Shown here piece by piece: positions 8,549-18,653 of a stretch of DNA of 64,000 nt. The notes beneath the pieces were generated by a model. The model searched no databases. It worked only from the letters and a program-made list of their open reading frames with translations, and was not told the origin of the DNA. The stretch is from a virus, in the IMG/VR virus record IMGVR_UViG_3300025684_000012; one strand, written 5' to 3'. Position 1 is the first letter of the stretch. Every line of letters begins with the position of its first letter. A program made the position numbers and the translations under genes.

Positions 8549-9940
8549 TTACATTTTAAAGCCTTCGAATTTCTCTGCCGATACTCTTGAACCAGACTTA
8601 GAATTATCGAACGCGGGACCATGGTCTTCATCCTTATTTAGGGCTGATTGATTCTGGTCTACATCAAATAGCCTCATCTTACTACGATCCACGCCAATAA
8701 CAAATCGTTGATGCATCCCAGGATCGTTATAGCGATTCTTGAGCTGTTTAACTAGGATCTGGTTTTGCCCCTTGAGTTCATCATTAGTGATGAGTGCAAA
8801 CATAAAGTCCGCGGTTGCAGGTAATCCAAAAGACTCGGACGTGTCCTCAAGCCCAACGTCATCATTAGAGTAACCAGAACGTGTCGTTTGTGTTGCTGAC
8901 ATGACCGGCACGTCGAATTCAACGGCAAGACCACGTAGCTCTTCAGCAATCGACTTAATATAAGAATACGAGTTAATAGCACCACCCATTCCCTTCATAC
9001 GTGACGAAGAACATATATTCAAATAATCAATAAAGATAATGTCTGGCATAAAGTTCTTCTTGAGCTTCAATTCATTCAATAGCGCACGGAAGTGGTTAGC
9101 ATGGGCAGCGCCAGTAGGATACTCTTTAATGATCAACCTACCTGTTGTCTTGCGCGATATTTCGCCCACCCGATCCGCGAACATATCTTTGGATAGCTTA
9201 TCCAGCTGATCCATAGGTACGTTCAGTAGATTAGCGTCAATACGTTCGGCGATACGTTCCTCTGACATCTCCATAGTGATGTACAGCACATTCTTCCCTT
9301 GGGTAAGGGATGATGCTGCGCAGTGACACATAAACAGAGACTTACCAACACCAGTACCAGCCAAGGCGATATTGAGAGTTTTATTCGGTAATCCACCTTT
9401 AGTTACCTTATTGAAATAATCTAAATCGAACTCGATCTTCTCCTCATCGAGGTGGTAGAAGTCAAAGCGCTCATCAACGTTCTCAAGATAATCGTGACCG
9501 ATATTGGTGTCAAACGATACCGATAACGCTTTACTCAAGATGTCTGGGATAGCATTCTTACTTAGACTTTGATGTTTACCCTCTATCACTGAAATAGACT
9601 CCATCACAGCATTGAACACTGCGCGGTCCTGACACCACTTCTCTGTACTGTCGAGTAGCCATTTGAGATCTTCTTTCTGGTAATCGAAGATGTTGGGCAG
9701 AATATCCATAGCATGACGGTAATGCTCGTCAGTCATACGATCTACAGAATCTATTTCAATCTTGAACGCTTCCTTTGTAGGAAGGTTATTGTACTTAGCT
9801 ATGTACTTGGTAAACTCAGAGAAAAGGGAGCGGTACACTCCCTCAAAGTAATCGGGGTGCAGGAATGCTGCGACCTTACGCGTATACTCATCATTAGTCA
9901 GTAGATTGCGTAGAATTGTCTGCTGTAGATTGATTTCCAT
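8549..9940 (-). CDS. 41: Replicative DNA helicase gp41
   Basis: AGTGVGKS Walker A, IFIDYLN, SESFGLPATAD, KQLKNRY. Confidence 0.97.
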   Translation of the reverse strand: MEINLQQTILRNLLTNDEYTRKVAAFLHPDYFEGVYRSLFSEFTKYIAKYNNLPTKEAFKIEIDSVDRMTDEHYRHAMDILPNIFDYQKEDLKWLLDSTEKWCQDRAVFNAVMESISVIEGKHQSLSKNAIPDILSKALSVSFDTNIGHDYLENVDERFDFYHLDEEKIEFDLDYFNKVTKGGLPNKTLNIALAGTGVGKSLFMCHCAASSLTQGKNVLYITMEMSEERIAERIDANLLNVPMDQLDKLSKDMFADRVGEISRKTTGRLIIKEYPTGAAHANHFRALLNELKLKKNFMPDIIFIDYLNICSSSRMKGMGGAINSYSYIKSIAEELRGLAVEFDVPVMSATQTTRSGYSNDDVGLEDTSESFGLPATADFMFALITNDELKGQNQILVKQLKNRYNDPGMHQRFVIGVDRSKMRLFDVDQNQSALNKDEDHGPAFDNSKSGSRVSAEKFEGFKM

Positions 9941-10253
9941 CTTGATCCTTCGTCTTCAATGTACCAGTATTAATAGCAGCTACCAGAATATCTTGCAGGA
10001 TATCAGCTGCAAACGTTTGTAGCTCGATATTATCCACATTTACTACCGAACTGTCAAGAGTTTCAATCACATCGAAGTTAAATTTCAGCTCCTGGGATTC
10101 GCCATCCAACGCAATGTTAGCGAATCTAATCACAGAGTCTTCGAACGGAGCGCGCAGTAGTTTAACGTCCCATGTTTGGGTTTCATCCTCAAATGACGGA
10201 ACAAGCTGGTAATCAATATGCTCGTTAGGTTTGTCCAAATCCAAATCCTTCAT
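9894..10253 (-). CDS. gp40-like protein (head vertex assembly chaperone position)
   Basis: Acidic 119-aa ORF between uvsX and 41, as in T4 synteny. Confidence 0.5.
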   Translation of the reverse strand: MKDLDLDKPNEHIDYQLVPSFEDETQTWDVKLLRAPFEDSVIRFANIALDGESQELKFNFDVIETLDSSVVNVDNIELQTFAADILQDILVAAINTGTLKTKDQDGNQSTADNSTQSTD

Positions 10254-11303
10254 CTATACAGCCTCTACTATAGTTTGTGGATCAATCTCACTATTATACC
10301 CTACCTTGTATGTCTTCTCAAGGAATTTAGCAAAATTAGTTGTCTCGAAGATAGGATCCCAGAACTCTGCGCGCAGAGTATCCTTGGTTCGCACCTTTCC
10401 GTCTAACAGCTCACCTGTCTGGGTGTCGACTCGCTGATACCAGCCATTACTTGGTTTAACGACATAACCACCTGCCATTGCAACCTCCAGTAACCCGCTG
10501 TATCGCTGAACACCGCCCTCCCAAGAAACCCCAATCGGAATTCTCGATTTTTCTTTAACGTAACGCGACTTCTCTACATTAATAACGAAGTTGTATCCCG
10601 TAACTTCCTGCCCAGTCTTCTCCTGTTGTCTGCCAATGATCCAGATATTACTTGCCGAGTAATAAATTCCAGTTCCGCCGGACACAACAGCTTTAGGGAA
10701 CAAACCAAGCTCTTGATAGGTATGGTTGATAGCGAGCATCGGAATATTCTTCATCGTGAGGTACGGTGTACACATACGGAACAACCCTTTAAGCGCCTTA
10801 GCTCTCGACATATCAGCAACAGACTTCTCGTTAATAGCGTCTTCCAGTTCTTTCTTGGAAGCTAGGTTACCGATAGAATCTATTACAATGATAACATCGT
10901 CGTCACGATCAATTGCTTCAAGCTGGTTGATGATATCAAATTTTAGCTCCTCGACGTTAGCGATAGGGGTATGTAATACCCGGCTAGTATCGATATTAAA
11001 CTGCTCGAAGTATGATTGAGGCGATCCAAACTCTGAATCGTAAAACAACATCACAGCGTTAGGTTTTGATTCAAGGTATGCTCCGGCCATCAATAAGGCA
11101 AAGGATGTCTTGAAGTGTTTACTTGGTCCGGCTAACACTGTAAGGCCGGGCGTTATACCACCATCTACACTACCTGATAACGCTACATTGATCATAGGTA
11201 CGTTTGTTGGTACCATATCCATCTCGTTGAAAAATTTACTCTGAGCTAGCACTTCCGTACCCTGTACTTTAGAGTTCTTCTTCAACTTATCCATAATACT
11301 CAT
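10254..11303 (-). CDS. uvsX: RecA-like recombinase UvsX
   Basis: AGPSKHFKT, FYDSEFG, DSIGNLASKKE, GGTGIYYSA. Confidence 0.97.
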   Translation of the reverse strand: MSIMDKLKKNSKVQGTEVLAQSKFFNEMDMVPTNVPMINVALSGSVDGGITPGLTVLAGPSKHFKTSFALLMAGAYLESKPNAVMLFYDSEFGSPQSYFEQFNIDTSRVLHTPIANVEELKFDIINQLEAIDRDDDVIIVIDSIGNLASKKELEDAINEKSVADMSRAKALKGLFRMCTPYLTMKNIPMLAINHTYQELGLFPKAVVSGGTGIYYSASNIWIIGRQQEKTGQEVTGYNFVINVEKSRYVKEKSRIPIGVSWEGGVQRYSGLLEVAMAGGYVVKPSNGWYQRVDTQTGELLDGKVRTKDTLRAEFWDPIFETTNFAKFLEKTYKVGYNSEIDPQTIVEAV

Positions 11304-11306
11304 ATA

Positions 11307-12140
11307 TTACTCTCCGAATTTAACATTCTGCTCTTTTTCACGTTGATCAAGCTCGTATTGTACCCTATACCCACTGTTAATGTCAAGCACTTTCTTCAAT
11401 AGATCCATCTGACCTTCCCCGAAGTATTGGAACGCATTGGTATCTTTTGGGAAGCATGCCCCACCAAATCCACGGCGACCATCCGGTCCAGGCACTTGCG
11501 TATGACTATTACCGATTCGGTCATCTAGCTTCACTGCACCAACGATCCTATCGAAATCACAATTGTGCTTATCCGTAAGATCTTTCAGTTGATTGAAGAA
11601 AGTAACTTTAGTTGATAGATATGTGTTGATTGTGTACTTAACGAACGACGCTTCTGCTGGTGTTACGAATACATTGACAGGATCAGACATCTTGCTGTAG
11701 TCGTTGTAGAATGCAGCAACCATTGAGCACGCTTGGTTGGTGCCCCCAAAGACATTGAACTTAGCGTTCTGAAAATCCTCGTTAGCGTTAGCCTCCGTAA
11801 GAAATTCTGGGTTATACACAAACCTCGATGGGCATAGGGTTGCTAACGAATCTACAATGTCAGGGGTTACCGTTGATTTCAACACTACCATACACTCGGT
11901 ATTATCAATCAATTTACGTGTAACATCTAAAACGATAGAGTCGTCGATGCGACCATTATCCGACATGGGTGTAGGTACGCATACGAAAGCGATATCTAGA
12001 GGCCTTGTATATAAATCCTCTACACTGGTATTGAGTTTGGGGTCGATAGCCACCAAATCTACACTGTCTGTGTCAAAGCCGCAGTACACAGCTTTACCGA
12101 CAAAGCCATATCCTACAACCGCCATATTTATTTTAGTCAA
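11307..12140 (-). CDS. UDP-glucose/GDP-mannose 6-dehydrogenase family (short form)
   Basis: GYGFVG, VCVPTP, KSTV, NPEFL, GFGGACFPKD. Confidence 0.9.
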   Translation of the reverse strand: MTKINMAVVGYGFVGKAVYCGFDTDSVDLVAIDPKLNTSVEDLYTRPLDIAFVCVPTPMSDNGRIDDSIVLDVTRKLIDNTECMVVLKSTVTPDIVDSLATLCPSRFVYNPEFLTEANANEDFQNAKFNVFGGTNQACSMVAAFYNDYSKMSDPVNVFVTPAEASFVKYTINTYLSTKVTFFNQLKDLTDKHNCDFDRIVGAVKLDDRIGNSHTQVPGPDGRRGFGGACFPKDTNAFQYFGEGQMDLLKKVLDINSGYRVQYELDQREKEQNVKFGE

Positions 12141-12142
12141 AC

Positions 12143-13084
12143 TTATACTCCATGATACTGCTTATACCACTGATAGAAATTGGCAATTCCAACATCAACG
12201 TCAGTCTTGGGTTGGTAGCCCAACCCCTCTAACTTACTTGTGTTTGCCCAAGTCTCCAACGTATCCGCTGGGTGCTTCGGGGCAAGGTCTTTGATCGCTT
12301 GCTTTCCTGTGTTATTTTCAATCTCTTCAATAAACTGCATAAGCTGCACTTGTTTACCGCGACCTATATTGAAGATCTCGTTATTCTCAATTACATCACC
12401 GTTATCTAGAACTACCTCGATCCCATCGAGGATGTCATCGATGTATGTAAAGTCTCTCTTCATATCCCCGTAATTATACACGGTAATAGGTTCTCCGGCT
12501 AGGATTTTCTTAGTAAAATCAAACAAAGCCATATCAGGTCGACCCCATGGACCGTATACGGTAAAGAACCGCAACCCTGTATTATTGAGACCGGATGACT
12601 GAAACTGACATTCGTTAGCCCACTTAGTGTACCCATACGCATTGAGTTGTTTGCCAGTCTCTTTACCTTCCGTCCATGGAATAGCAGACCCCGCATACAC
12701 GCATGATGTTGAGGCGTAAATGATTCTTACATCAGGTACGGTGCGCTTACATTCATCAATCAGATTCTGAGTGGCATCGATGTTGTTTCGATGATAAGAC
12801 TTTTCGTTACCCATAGAATCCCGTACACCCGCCATAGCTCCTAGGTGTAGGATCGTATCAGGCTTGACCGTCTCTATGACCTCACCCAGCTTAGGCTGAT
12901 CACACAGGTCGCAGTCTAGCACGGTAATACCAAAGTGCTCTACACGGGCTCGTTTGAGTTTAGGGTCGTATAGGTGGCTGTTGAAGTTATCAATGCCGGT
13001 TACATTGTAACCGTGGTCTTGTAAGCGCTTCGTTAGCTGGGAGCCAATAAAACCTGCTGCTCCTGTGACTAGTACGTTTTTCAT
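12143..13084 (-). CDS. NAD-dependent epimerase, UDP-glucuronate 4-epimerase-like
   Basis: TGAAGFIG, AGVR, YGYTK, LRFFTVYGPWGRPDMA, RDFTYIDD. Confidence 0.9.
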   Translation of the reverse strand: MKNVLVTGAAGFIGSQLTKRLQDHGYNVTGIDNFNSHLYDPKLKRARVEHFGITVLDCDLCDQPKLGEVIETVKPDTILHLGAMAGVRDSMGNEKSYHRNNIDATQNLIDECKRTVPDVRIIYASTSCVYAGSAIPWTEGKETGKQLNAYGYTKWANECQFQSSGLNNTGLRFFTVYGPWGRPDMALFDFTKKILAGEPITVYNYGDMKRDFTYIDDILDGIEVVLDNGDVIENNEIFNIGRGKQVQLMQFIEEIENNTGKQAIKDLAPKHPADTLETWANTSKLEGLGYQPKTDVDVGIANFYQWYKQYHGV

Positions 13085-13090
13085 AATTAT

Positions 13091-14029
13091 CTAACCATTT
13101 TCGTAAATATATTTAAGGGCGGATTGTGCCTCGACATGCATTGGTCGCGACTCATACCAATTGCCATTTTCTCTATCGAATTGCCGGCACAATTGTTCGA
13201 TCTGACTTTCCGTTATAGGGTATTGCCTACTGTATGCATTACCTGCTATAGCTACCATAATGTGATACATCTTGGCATACCAACCGCTATCGCTTATAGA
13301 CATATATTCAACAGCAAGCCGTTTAGGCCAGAATGGACAGTCTCTATAGCCTGTCCATGTAATGTTTGTGTTATTTAGTTGAGACTTACGGTGCTCGATT
13401 ACGGCGTCCCTCATATGAGGAGAAAGCTGATCGAGGAATGAATTTCGCGACTTTTCTTTGTAGGGGAACTTAGCTATAAGCTCACTAGTATTGACAGCAA
13501 CACCATCATTACAAAAGAAAAAATCGTAAGCGTTCGGGTAGCGAGCAGGAACATAATACATTCGCGCCATATCCTTGGTTTGAGGATCCCCGAGCTCTTC
13601 AACCCATCTATTGATTGCAAACCACAACGGCTTAATTCTCTCTCGCTCGATTGCTTCATCCAGTTCAAATACCAGACGAAACTTGAGATGATCCTCACGG
13701 CTAGAAGCTGTAGAATACACCAAATAATTATACTGACCAAAGCGAGCATGTAGGGCCTCCTTCAACGTTTCTACGGAATCACCAAGATTGTGGTCATCCA
13801 CATCAATAGCACACCAACCGCCCCAACGCAAAGTAGAAACATTACTACGCGTTGCACCGTCTTGGAAAATAGCAGGAGTAATAAGAGGAGAAGAGTTAGG
13901 TCCACCTTTGTATCCTTGTAGTTTACTTAGGCCACGCAACAATTCTACGAATTTGTCCCACGTAGGTACCACGACTCGCCTATGAGTCTTGTTGTCGTAT
14001 TGGCTCTTAAAAATGGTTAATTCAAACAT
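13091..14029 (-). CDS. AEP/PrimPol-like primase protein with helical C-terminal domain
   Basis: AIDVDD (DxD), YSTASS...KFRLV, D...RMYYVP motifs. Confidence 0.65.
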   Translation of the reverse strand: MFELTIFKSQYDNKTHRRVVVPTWDKFVELLRGLSKLQGYKGGPNSSPLITPAIFQDGATRSNVSTLRWGGWCAIDVDDHNLGDSVETLKEALHARFGQYNYLVYSTASSREDHLKFRLVFELDEAIERERIKPLWFAINRWVEELGDPQTKDMARMYYVPARYPNAYDFFFCNDGVAVNTSELIAKFPYKEKSRNSFLDQLSPHMRDAVIEHRKSQLNNTNITWTGYRDCPFWPKRLAVEYMSISDSGWYAKMYHIMVAIAGNAYSRQYPITESQIEQLCRQFDRENGNWYESRPMHVEAQSALKYIYENG

Positions 14030-14064
14030 AGCACATCATTATATAACCTCAATCACATACAACT

Positions 14065-14093
14065 AGTATAGCATAAAGGGGGGTTGAAGTCAA
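14065..14093 (-). promoter_or_regulatory. sigma70-type promoter
   Basis: TTGACT-N17-TATACT with TG extended -10. Confidence 0.75.
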
Positions 14094-14641
14094 GATTTTT
14101 TAACAGAGAATGGATTAATAAGTTCCCTTGGATCTCCACCTCTGTTAAAGTATGGTCCATTGGCATCAACGTAATGACAGAACACCTGTACGTGCTGGTT
14201 ACCTTGATACGGTTTACGTTGGTGGGGTATTTTCTCTCCCATGTAAACACAACCACTACCTTGGGACAGCACCAGTTCTTCGTCTCCCATAATGATTGGC
14301 CAATCAGTACCATCATCCTTGAGCGTTACAGTAATGCTATATTCACATCTCGGACGATCAATGTGTTTCGGTAGGTCATGGCCGTTACGATATACACGGG
14401 AGTAAGAATACGTTGGTATGAGGGTTTTACCGGTCCACATTTCCATCTTGGGTAGCAAATAAAAGTTTAGGGAGTCTGTAGCAGAATATCCATATCTCGA
14501 ATACGCCCCAGGACTTTGTGCATCTCGGAAGTTAATACTATTAGGATCATCAGCCTGTTCGCATAACAACAATGCTCCTGCCAACAATTCACAAGCATCT
14601 TTACTCAATACACCATCGACTTTTAAATATAAATTATCCAA
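14090..14641 (-). CDS. 2OG-Fe(II) oxygenase (prolyl-hydroxylase-like)
   Basis: YSRVY...HIDR..CEYSIT...HQR...QVFCHY. Confidence 0.85.
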   Translation of the reverse strand: MDNLYLKVDGVLSKDACELLAGALLLCEQADDPNSINFRDAQSPGAYSRYGYSATDSLNFYLLPKMEMWTGKTLIPTYSYSRVYRNGHDLPKHIDRPRCEYSITVTLKDDGTDWPIIMGDEELVLSQGSGCVYMGEKIPHQRKPYQGNQHVQVFCHYVDANGPYFNRGGDPRELINPFSVKKS

Positions 14642-17105
14642 AGAAGTCCTCTAAAGTAGCCTTAGGTTCAGCAGACCACCCAACAGCATCTAGGATCGAC
14701 GTCAGTGGGTCAATAAATGCCTTGTCGAACATTTTATCATAATCCACATACTTATGCAGATTGAGCTCAGGCGGTAACACAGTAGGGTAAGTAACTACAT
14801 TCTCGCCAATAGGATTAGGCATCTTGAGATATACGAACTTGATCTTCTCACCGTTCTTAATAGACTCATATTTCTTATTTAGACCGGCAGCTTTGAGAGC
14901 CGCATTAAAAGTCAGTGCCCCACGTACGTGTATAGGAGTACCTTTCTTGTATACATTATCTCGATCAGACCACTTGTCTATATCGCTAACACCACGAGGG
15001 AACGATACGTCCTCTGGTGGTAGTGTACGGAAACTGTTACGGAATTTTAGAATAAAGTCTTGTGTGTCCCTCTGATCCTTGTCGATAATGATTCGGAATG
15101 ACTCTTTAAACATATCACGCACAATCTGAGGGGTGCTAGACTTGATTGCCTCGATACCCATGATCTTGAGCTTAGGCTCAGGATACTGAACGCCCTCATT
15201 GTTATGTACGTTCAGGATATATCTCTTCTTAGCTACCCAGATACCCTTATCAGCAATAACTTCTCTACCCATCTCCATACGAGGCTCGAACGCATTGGTT
15301 ACGCGAGCTAGCTCGTCATAAGCCGGCTGGATCACTTTTGGTTCGAAATGCTCAGCGCAAATCTTGTCCAAGAACTTAACTGGATCTTTTGGACTAAATT
15401 TATCAACGAGATCGTTCATGTTAATGTACAGCGAATCGGTATCGATAGCGATGACGTAATCTTTATCGCCCGTACCAAGTAGCTTATTCATCTCGAGGTT
15501 GACGGCGCGTTCTGCCCACTTAATGGACATACGACCACCCGCAGTAATAGATTCAGCAACCCTCTGGTCAAAATATCTGAAGTACTGATTGCCCAACGCC
15601 CCATATAATGAGTTCATAAGAATCTTAATTGCCATCTGCTGATTATCAAGCTGTACAATTTTCTTCTGAAGCATCTCGTTTTTAGTATCTTGATATTGCT
15701 GATCTACTTTAAGCATCTCCTTCTTGACGACTCGACGCTCAGCATACAATTGAGAGATGATGCTAGGAATAACACCTTGCTTATCGTTCCGGAACTTAAT
15801 ACCCGTGGGAGCTACGGTATAATCGCTACCACTGTAATCGCTCGACCCATCTAAGTAACTTTCAATGGACGCCGGTAGAATTCCATCTAGCACCGTTTCC
15901 GGACTCATGTTATACTGGATAATAATGTTAGGGTATAGGGAGTTTAAGTCAAACGAAGTAACCCACTTATGAGCTCCGACGACAGGATCTTTAACATACC
16001 CACCCGCATATTGAGTACGACCTTTAGTTTGCTTAGGGGGGCAGGCTATATTCTGCTGCTGCAGTACGCGATAGATGAACGAATCCCATATAGAAGTAGT
16101 ACCGAACGAATCGCCGTAATTAACACCACCCTTATACGCAATAGTCATAGCTAATTGCATCAATCCAGTTTTGTCGATCATTTGCTGGACCAACTCCACG
16201 TCTTTGATATTGTAGTCGATGAACTTCTGGTGGTCTTCTCTATACAGAGTATACAGGTTACCGTGCTCAGAATAATCGAGCTTCTTCTCACCAAGAACTA
16301 CGCTAGCAACATGATCCAATCTATACGATTCAAGTTGTCCATATGAGTAACCAAACTTCTTGAATACGTCTAGGAAATCCATTTGTTGAACGCCTAGAAT
16401 CTCGTAGAAGTTGTGCTTCTTGTTCATAATGCTAACAGACCGAGCACTAACTCTATTCCACGGAGAGAACCGATTTACCGCCTTGTCGCCCATTAATTTG
16501 CGGGTACGGTTGATCAGGTATGGAATATCAAACATCTTAGTGTTCCATCCTGTAATAACGTCGGGTGTATTAGCCTCATAGTATTCAATGAAACGGCTGA
16601 GCAAGTTGAGCTCATCACTACATCGAGTATACACTACGTCTTCACGCTCGGTTTTATAGTCCCCAAGTCCCCACACCACATACTGACCTTTCTTGTCAGT
16701 CAATGCTATAGAGATCACTGGGTAGTTGGCGTGGTCTGGTTCTGGAAATCCGTCATCAGACTGAACCTCAATATCGATATTGGTGATGTTGATTAGAGAG
16801 TAGTCAAACTCAATATCTTTAGGAAACTTATGAGTGATGTACTGGAACACGAAGTTGTTCATCCCATGAACTTCTACGTTGTCTACATTCTCATATCGCT
16901 TGAGGAAGTCTGAGGCCTCAGCCATCTCCTCGAATACAACAGATTTGATGTTGCGACCATCCAAGGTCTTCCATTGACTGTCCTGTGGTGTTTGTAGGAA
17001 CAGAGTAGGCATAAACCTCTCTTTACGAGCGACTGGTTTGCCGTGTTCGTATCCGCGATACAATATATTGTTACCAAAACGTTCAACCGACGTATAAAAC
17101 TTCAT
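14634..17105 (-). CDS. 43: Family B DNA polymerase gp43
   Basis: Exonuclease [35 protein letters not shown]. Confidence 0.98.
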   Translation of the reverse strand: MKFYTSVERFGNNILYRGYEHGKPVARKERFMPTLFLQTPQDSQWKTLDGRNIKSVVFEEMAEASDFLKRYENVDNVEVHGMNNFVFQYITHKFPKDIEFDYSLINITNIDIEVQSDDGFPEPDHANYPVISIALTDKKGQYVVWGLGDYKTEREDVVYTRCSDELNLLSRFIEYYEANTPDVITGWNTKMFDIPYLINRTRKLMGDKAVNRFSPWNRVSARSVSIMNKKHNFYEILGVQQMDFLDVFKKFGYSYGQLESYRLDHVASVVLGEKKLDYSEHGNLYTLYREDHQKFIDYNIKDVELVQQMIDKTGLMQLAMTIAYKGGVNYGDSFGTTSIWDSFIYRVLQQQNIACPPKQTKGRTQYAGGYVKDPVVGAHKWVTSFDLNSLYPNIIIQYNMSPETVLDGILPASIESYLDGSSDYSGSDYTVAPTGIKFRNDKQGVIPSIISQLYAERRVVKKEMLKVDQQYQDTKNEMLQKKIVQLDNQQMAIKILMNSLYGALGNQYFRYFDQRVAESITAGGRMSIKWAERAVNLEMNKLLGTGDKDYVIAIDTDSLYINMNDLVDKFSPKDPVKFLDKICAEHFEPKVIQPAYDELARVTNAFEPRMEMGREVIADKGIWVAKKRYILNVHNNEGVQYPEPKLKIMGIEAIKSSTPQIVRDMFKESFRIIIDKDQRDTQDFILKFRNSFRTLPPEDVSFPRGVSDIDKWSDRDNVYKKGTPIHVRGALTFNAALKAAGLNKKYESIKNGEKIKFVYLKMPNPIGENVVTYPTVLPPELNLHKYVDYDKMFDKAFIDPLTSILDAVGWSAEPKATLEDFFG

Positions 17106-17130
17106 TCAACTCTCCCTAAAATCAACAGAC

Positions 17131-17159
17131 ATTATAACATAACATACGACGAAAGTAAA
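17131..17159 (-). promoter_or_regulatory. sigma70-type promoter of gene 43
   Basis: GTTTACT-N17-TATAAT. Confidence 0.8.
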
Positions 17160-17171
17160 CAGTTTTATTAG

Positions 17172-17960
17172 TTAATCTATCACCTTGAAAAACTTATGAC
17201 GAGTCCAGGGTTCGTTTATATGCGAGTCTTTGTAGCTATGGTGATGTTGAGTTACAGCTAATCGTTTCGAGATCACTTGAGTTGTTGGGGTTGGTATACC
17301 ATCTTTATTATGGTCACTTCCATTGAAGTACTTTCCGCAGTCACGGCCAATGCCTACAGTATCGCAGCTGCCCCACGGATGGATTAGAGTATCTTTGATA
17401 CCAAAGAAGTCATGATTCACGAGATGGTGGGTAGTGAATGTGCGGAATAGTCGTTGAAGGGTACAGTAAGGACCACAGTTGATTGGGAACTTCGTTGCAG
17501 TTAGCATATGATACGCCCACCGAGCAAATCGCGGATCTATTGTGTACATTCCCATAAACAATCCGATATTGCTGTACAATCGACCTTCGCTATACTCAGA
17601 TAACATCTTGAACGCCTCGAACCTCTCAGGGATCAAGAAGGTGTCGTGTTCCATTATCCAAAACTTTTCCTGCTGTTCGCCCTGGATACGCATAAGCTCC
17701 CAGTGGGAACAAAACCCAGCCTTTTCCGTAGGGGAGTGATCGTCTAATCCTTTGACCCTATCGACCCGCATTAAACTCTTCTTCCAGTTATACAGATCGA
17801 CGTGAGACTGAAAGTCTGGACTATCTGGAGTGATGGCATCAAAGGTTTCTATCGAATCGATATACCCCTCGTCAATAGCGCGCTTGAACGAGTTGCGAGA
17901 TATTTCAGCGTATTCCTCTGAGCGCTCGTCACCCTTTATTACTATCTGGTATGCTTTCAT
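17172..17960 (-). CDS. Glycosyltransferase, GT25-like
   Basis: FDAITP, TEKAGFCSHWELM, IMEHD motifs. Confidence 0.65.
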   Translation of the reverse strand: MKAYQIVIKGDERSEEYAEISRNSFKRAIDEGYIDSIETFDAITPDSPDFQSHVDLYNWKKSLMRVDRVKGLDDHSPTEKAGFCSHWELMRIQGEQQEKFWIMEHDTFLIPERFEAFKMLSEYSEGRLYSNIGLFMGMYTIDPRFARWAYHMLTATKFPINCGPYCTLQRLFRTFTTHHLVNHDFFGIKDTLIHPWGSCDTVGIGRDCGKYFNGSDHNKDGIPTPTTQVISKRLAVTQHHHSYKDSHINEPWTRHKFFKVID

Positions 17961-17996
17961 TTCGGTTTACTCATAAATATAGACTATAAAACGTAT

Positions 17997-18020
17997 AAAA
18001 AAAGGGGAATTGCTTCCCCT
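17997..18020 (-). terminator. Rho-independent terminator
   Basis: GGGGAA-GCAA-TTCCCC followed by T7. Confidence 0.85.
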
Positions 18021-18030
18021 CTGGTATATA

Positions 18031-18138
18031 TTATAGCATTGATATGCAATAGAACATGGTTGTAAACGTAGAGCAGAATAGTACGGCATGACCGAACCGT
18101 TCCAGCTTACTACTTACTACTACTAACCTTGGGTTCAT
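18031..18138 (-). CDS. Small hydrophobic protein (35 aa), absent from ORF track
   Basis: GAGGAG Shine-Dalgarno, ATG 18138, MNPRLVVVSSKLERFGHAVLFCSTFTTMFYCISML*; ends just before the terminator. Confidence 0.55.
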   Translation of the reverse strand: MNPRLVVVSSKLERFGHAVLFCSTFTTMFYCISML

Positions 18139-18562
18139 TTGATTTCTCCTCAGAATTAATGGTAATTTTCCGAGGCAGCTTACTATCTGGGACAACTACT
18201 TCCAACGTTACGGACAGTAATCCATCTTTGAATTGTGCTCCTGTTACTTCAACATACTCGGACAGACGGAATTGTCTCTCGAACTTCTTTGTCGATACAC
18301 CCTTATGAATGTATTCGCGACCACGATCTTCGTGCTTACCAACAATGGTAAGCGTACGCTGTCGTACTTGTACATCCAGCTCAGATTGCGAATATCCAGC
18401 CACAGCTAATTCGATTAGGTACTTATTCTCGTCCATCTTGAGAATATTGTGTGGTGGAAAGTTATCGCCCGAGTGGCGTGAGATCCGGTCAAGCTCATCA
18501 ATCATGGTATCGAAACCTACGAAAGCTGAACGGGGGAACAATTGTTTTGCTGTAAGTGTCAT
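18110..18562 (-). CDS. hsp20: Small heat-shock protein Hsp20 (IbpA-like)
   Basis: FPPHNI, IELAVAGY, YIHKGVS.KKFERQFRLSEYVEV..A.FKDGLL; start MTLTAKQ after AGGAG. Confidence 0.95.
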   Translation of the reverse strand: MTLTAKQLFPRSAFVGFDTMIDELDRISRHSGDNFPPHNILKMDENKYLIELAVAGYSQSELDVQVRQRTLTIVGKHEDRGREYIHKGVSTKKFERQFRLSEYVEVTGAQFKDGLLSVTLEVVVPDSKLPRKITINSEEKSNEPKVSSSK

Positions 18563-18627
18563 GTTACATTCTCCTATTTTACTAGCAAGATTAAAGTGCG
18601 GATACCCGACCATCGGCATATCCGCGG
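18563..18627 (-). promoter_or_regulatory. ROSE-like RNA thermometer in hsp20 5' UTR
   Basis: GC-rich hairpin, then CUUGCU pairing with the AGGAG Shine-Dalgarno via a bulged G. Confidence 0.65.
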
Positions 18628-18628
18628 C

Positions 18629-18636
18629 TATTTATA
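18629..18636 (-). promoter_or_regulatory. T4-type late promoter
   Basis: TATAAATA. Confidence 0.8.
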
Positions 18637-18653
18637 CTAAAAGTATAAAATTT

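Noticed and set aside
18563-18619. N-terminal extension of Hsp20 (MPMVGYPHF...) in the ORF track
   Set aside because: It lies within the structured leader just after the late promoter; the Shine-Dalgarno supports ATG 18562.
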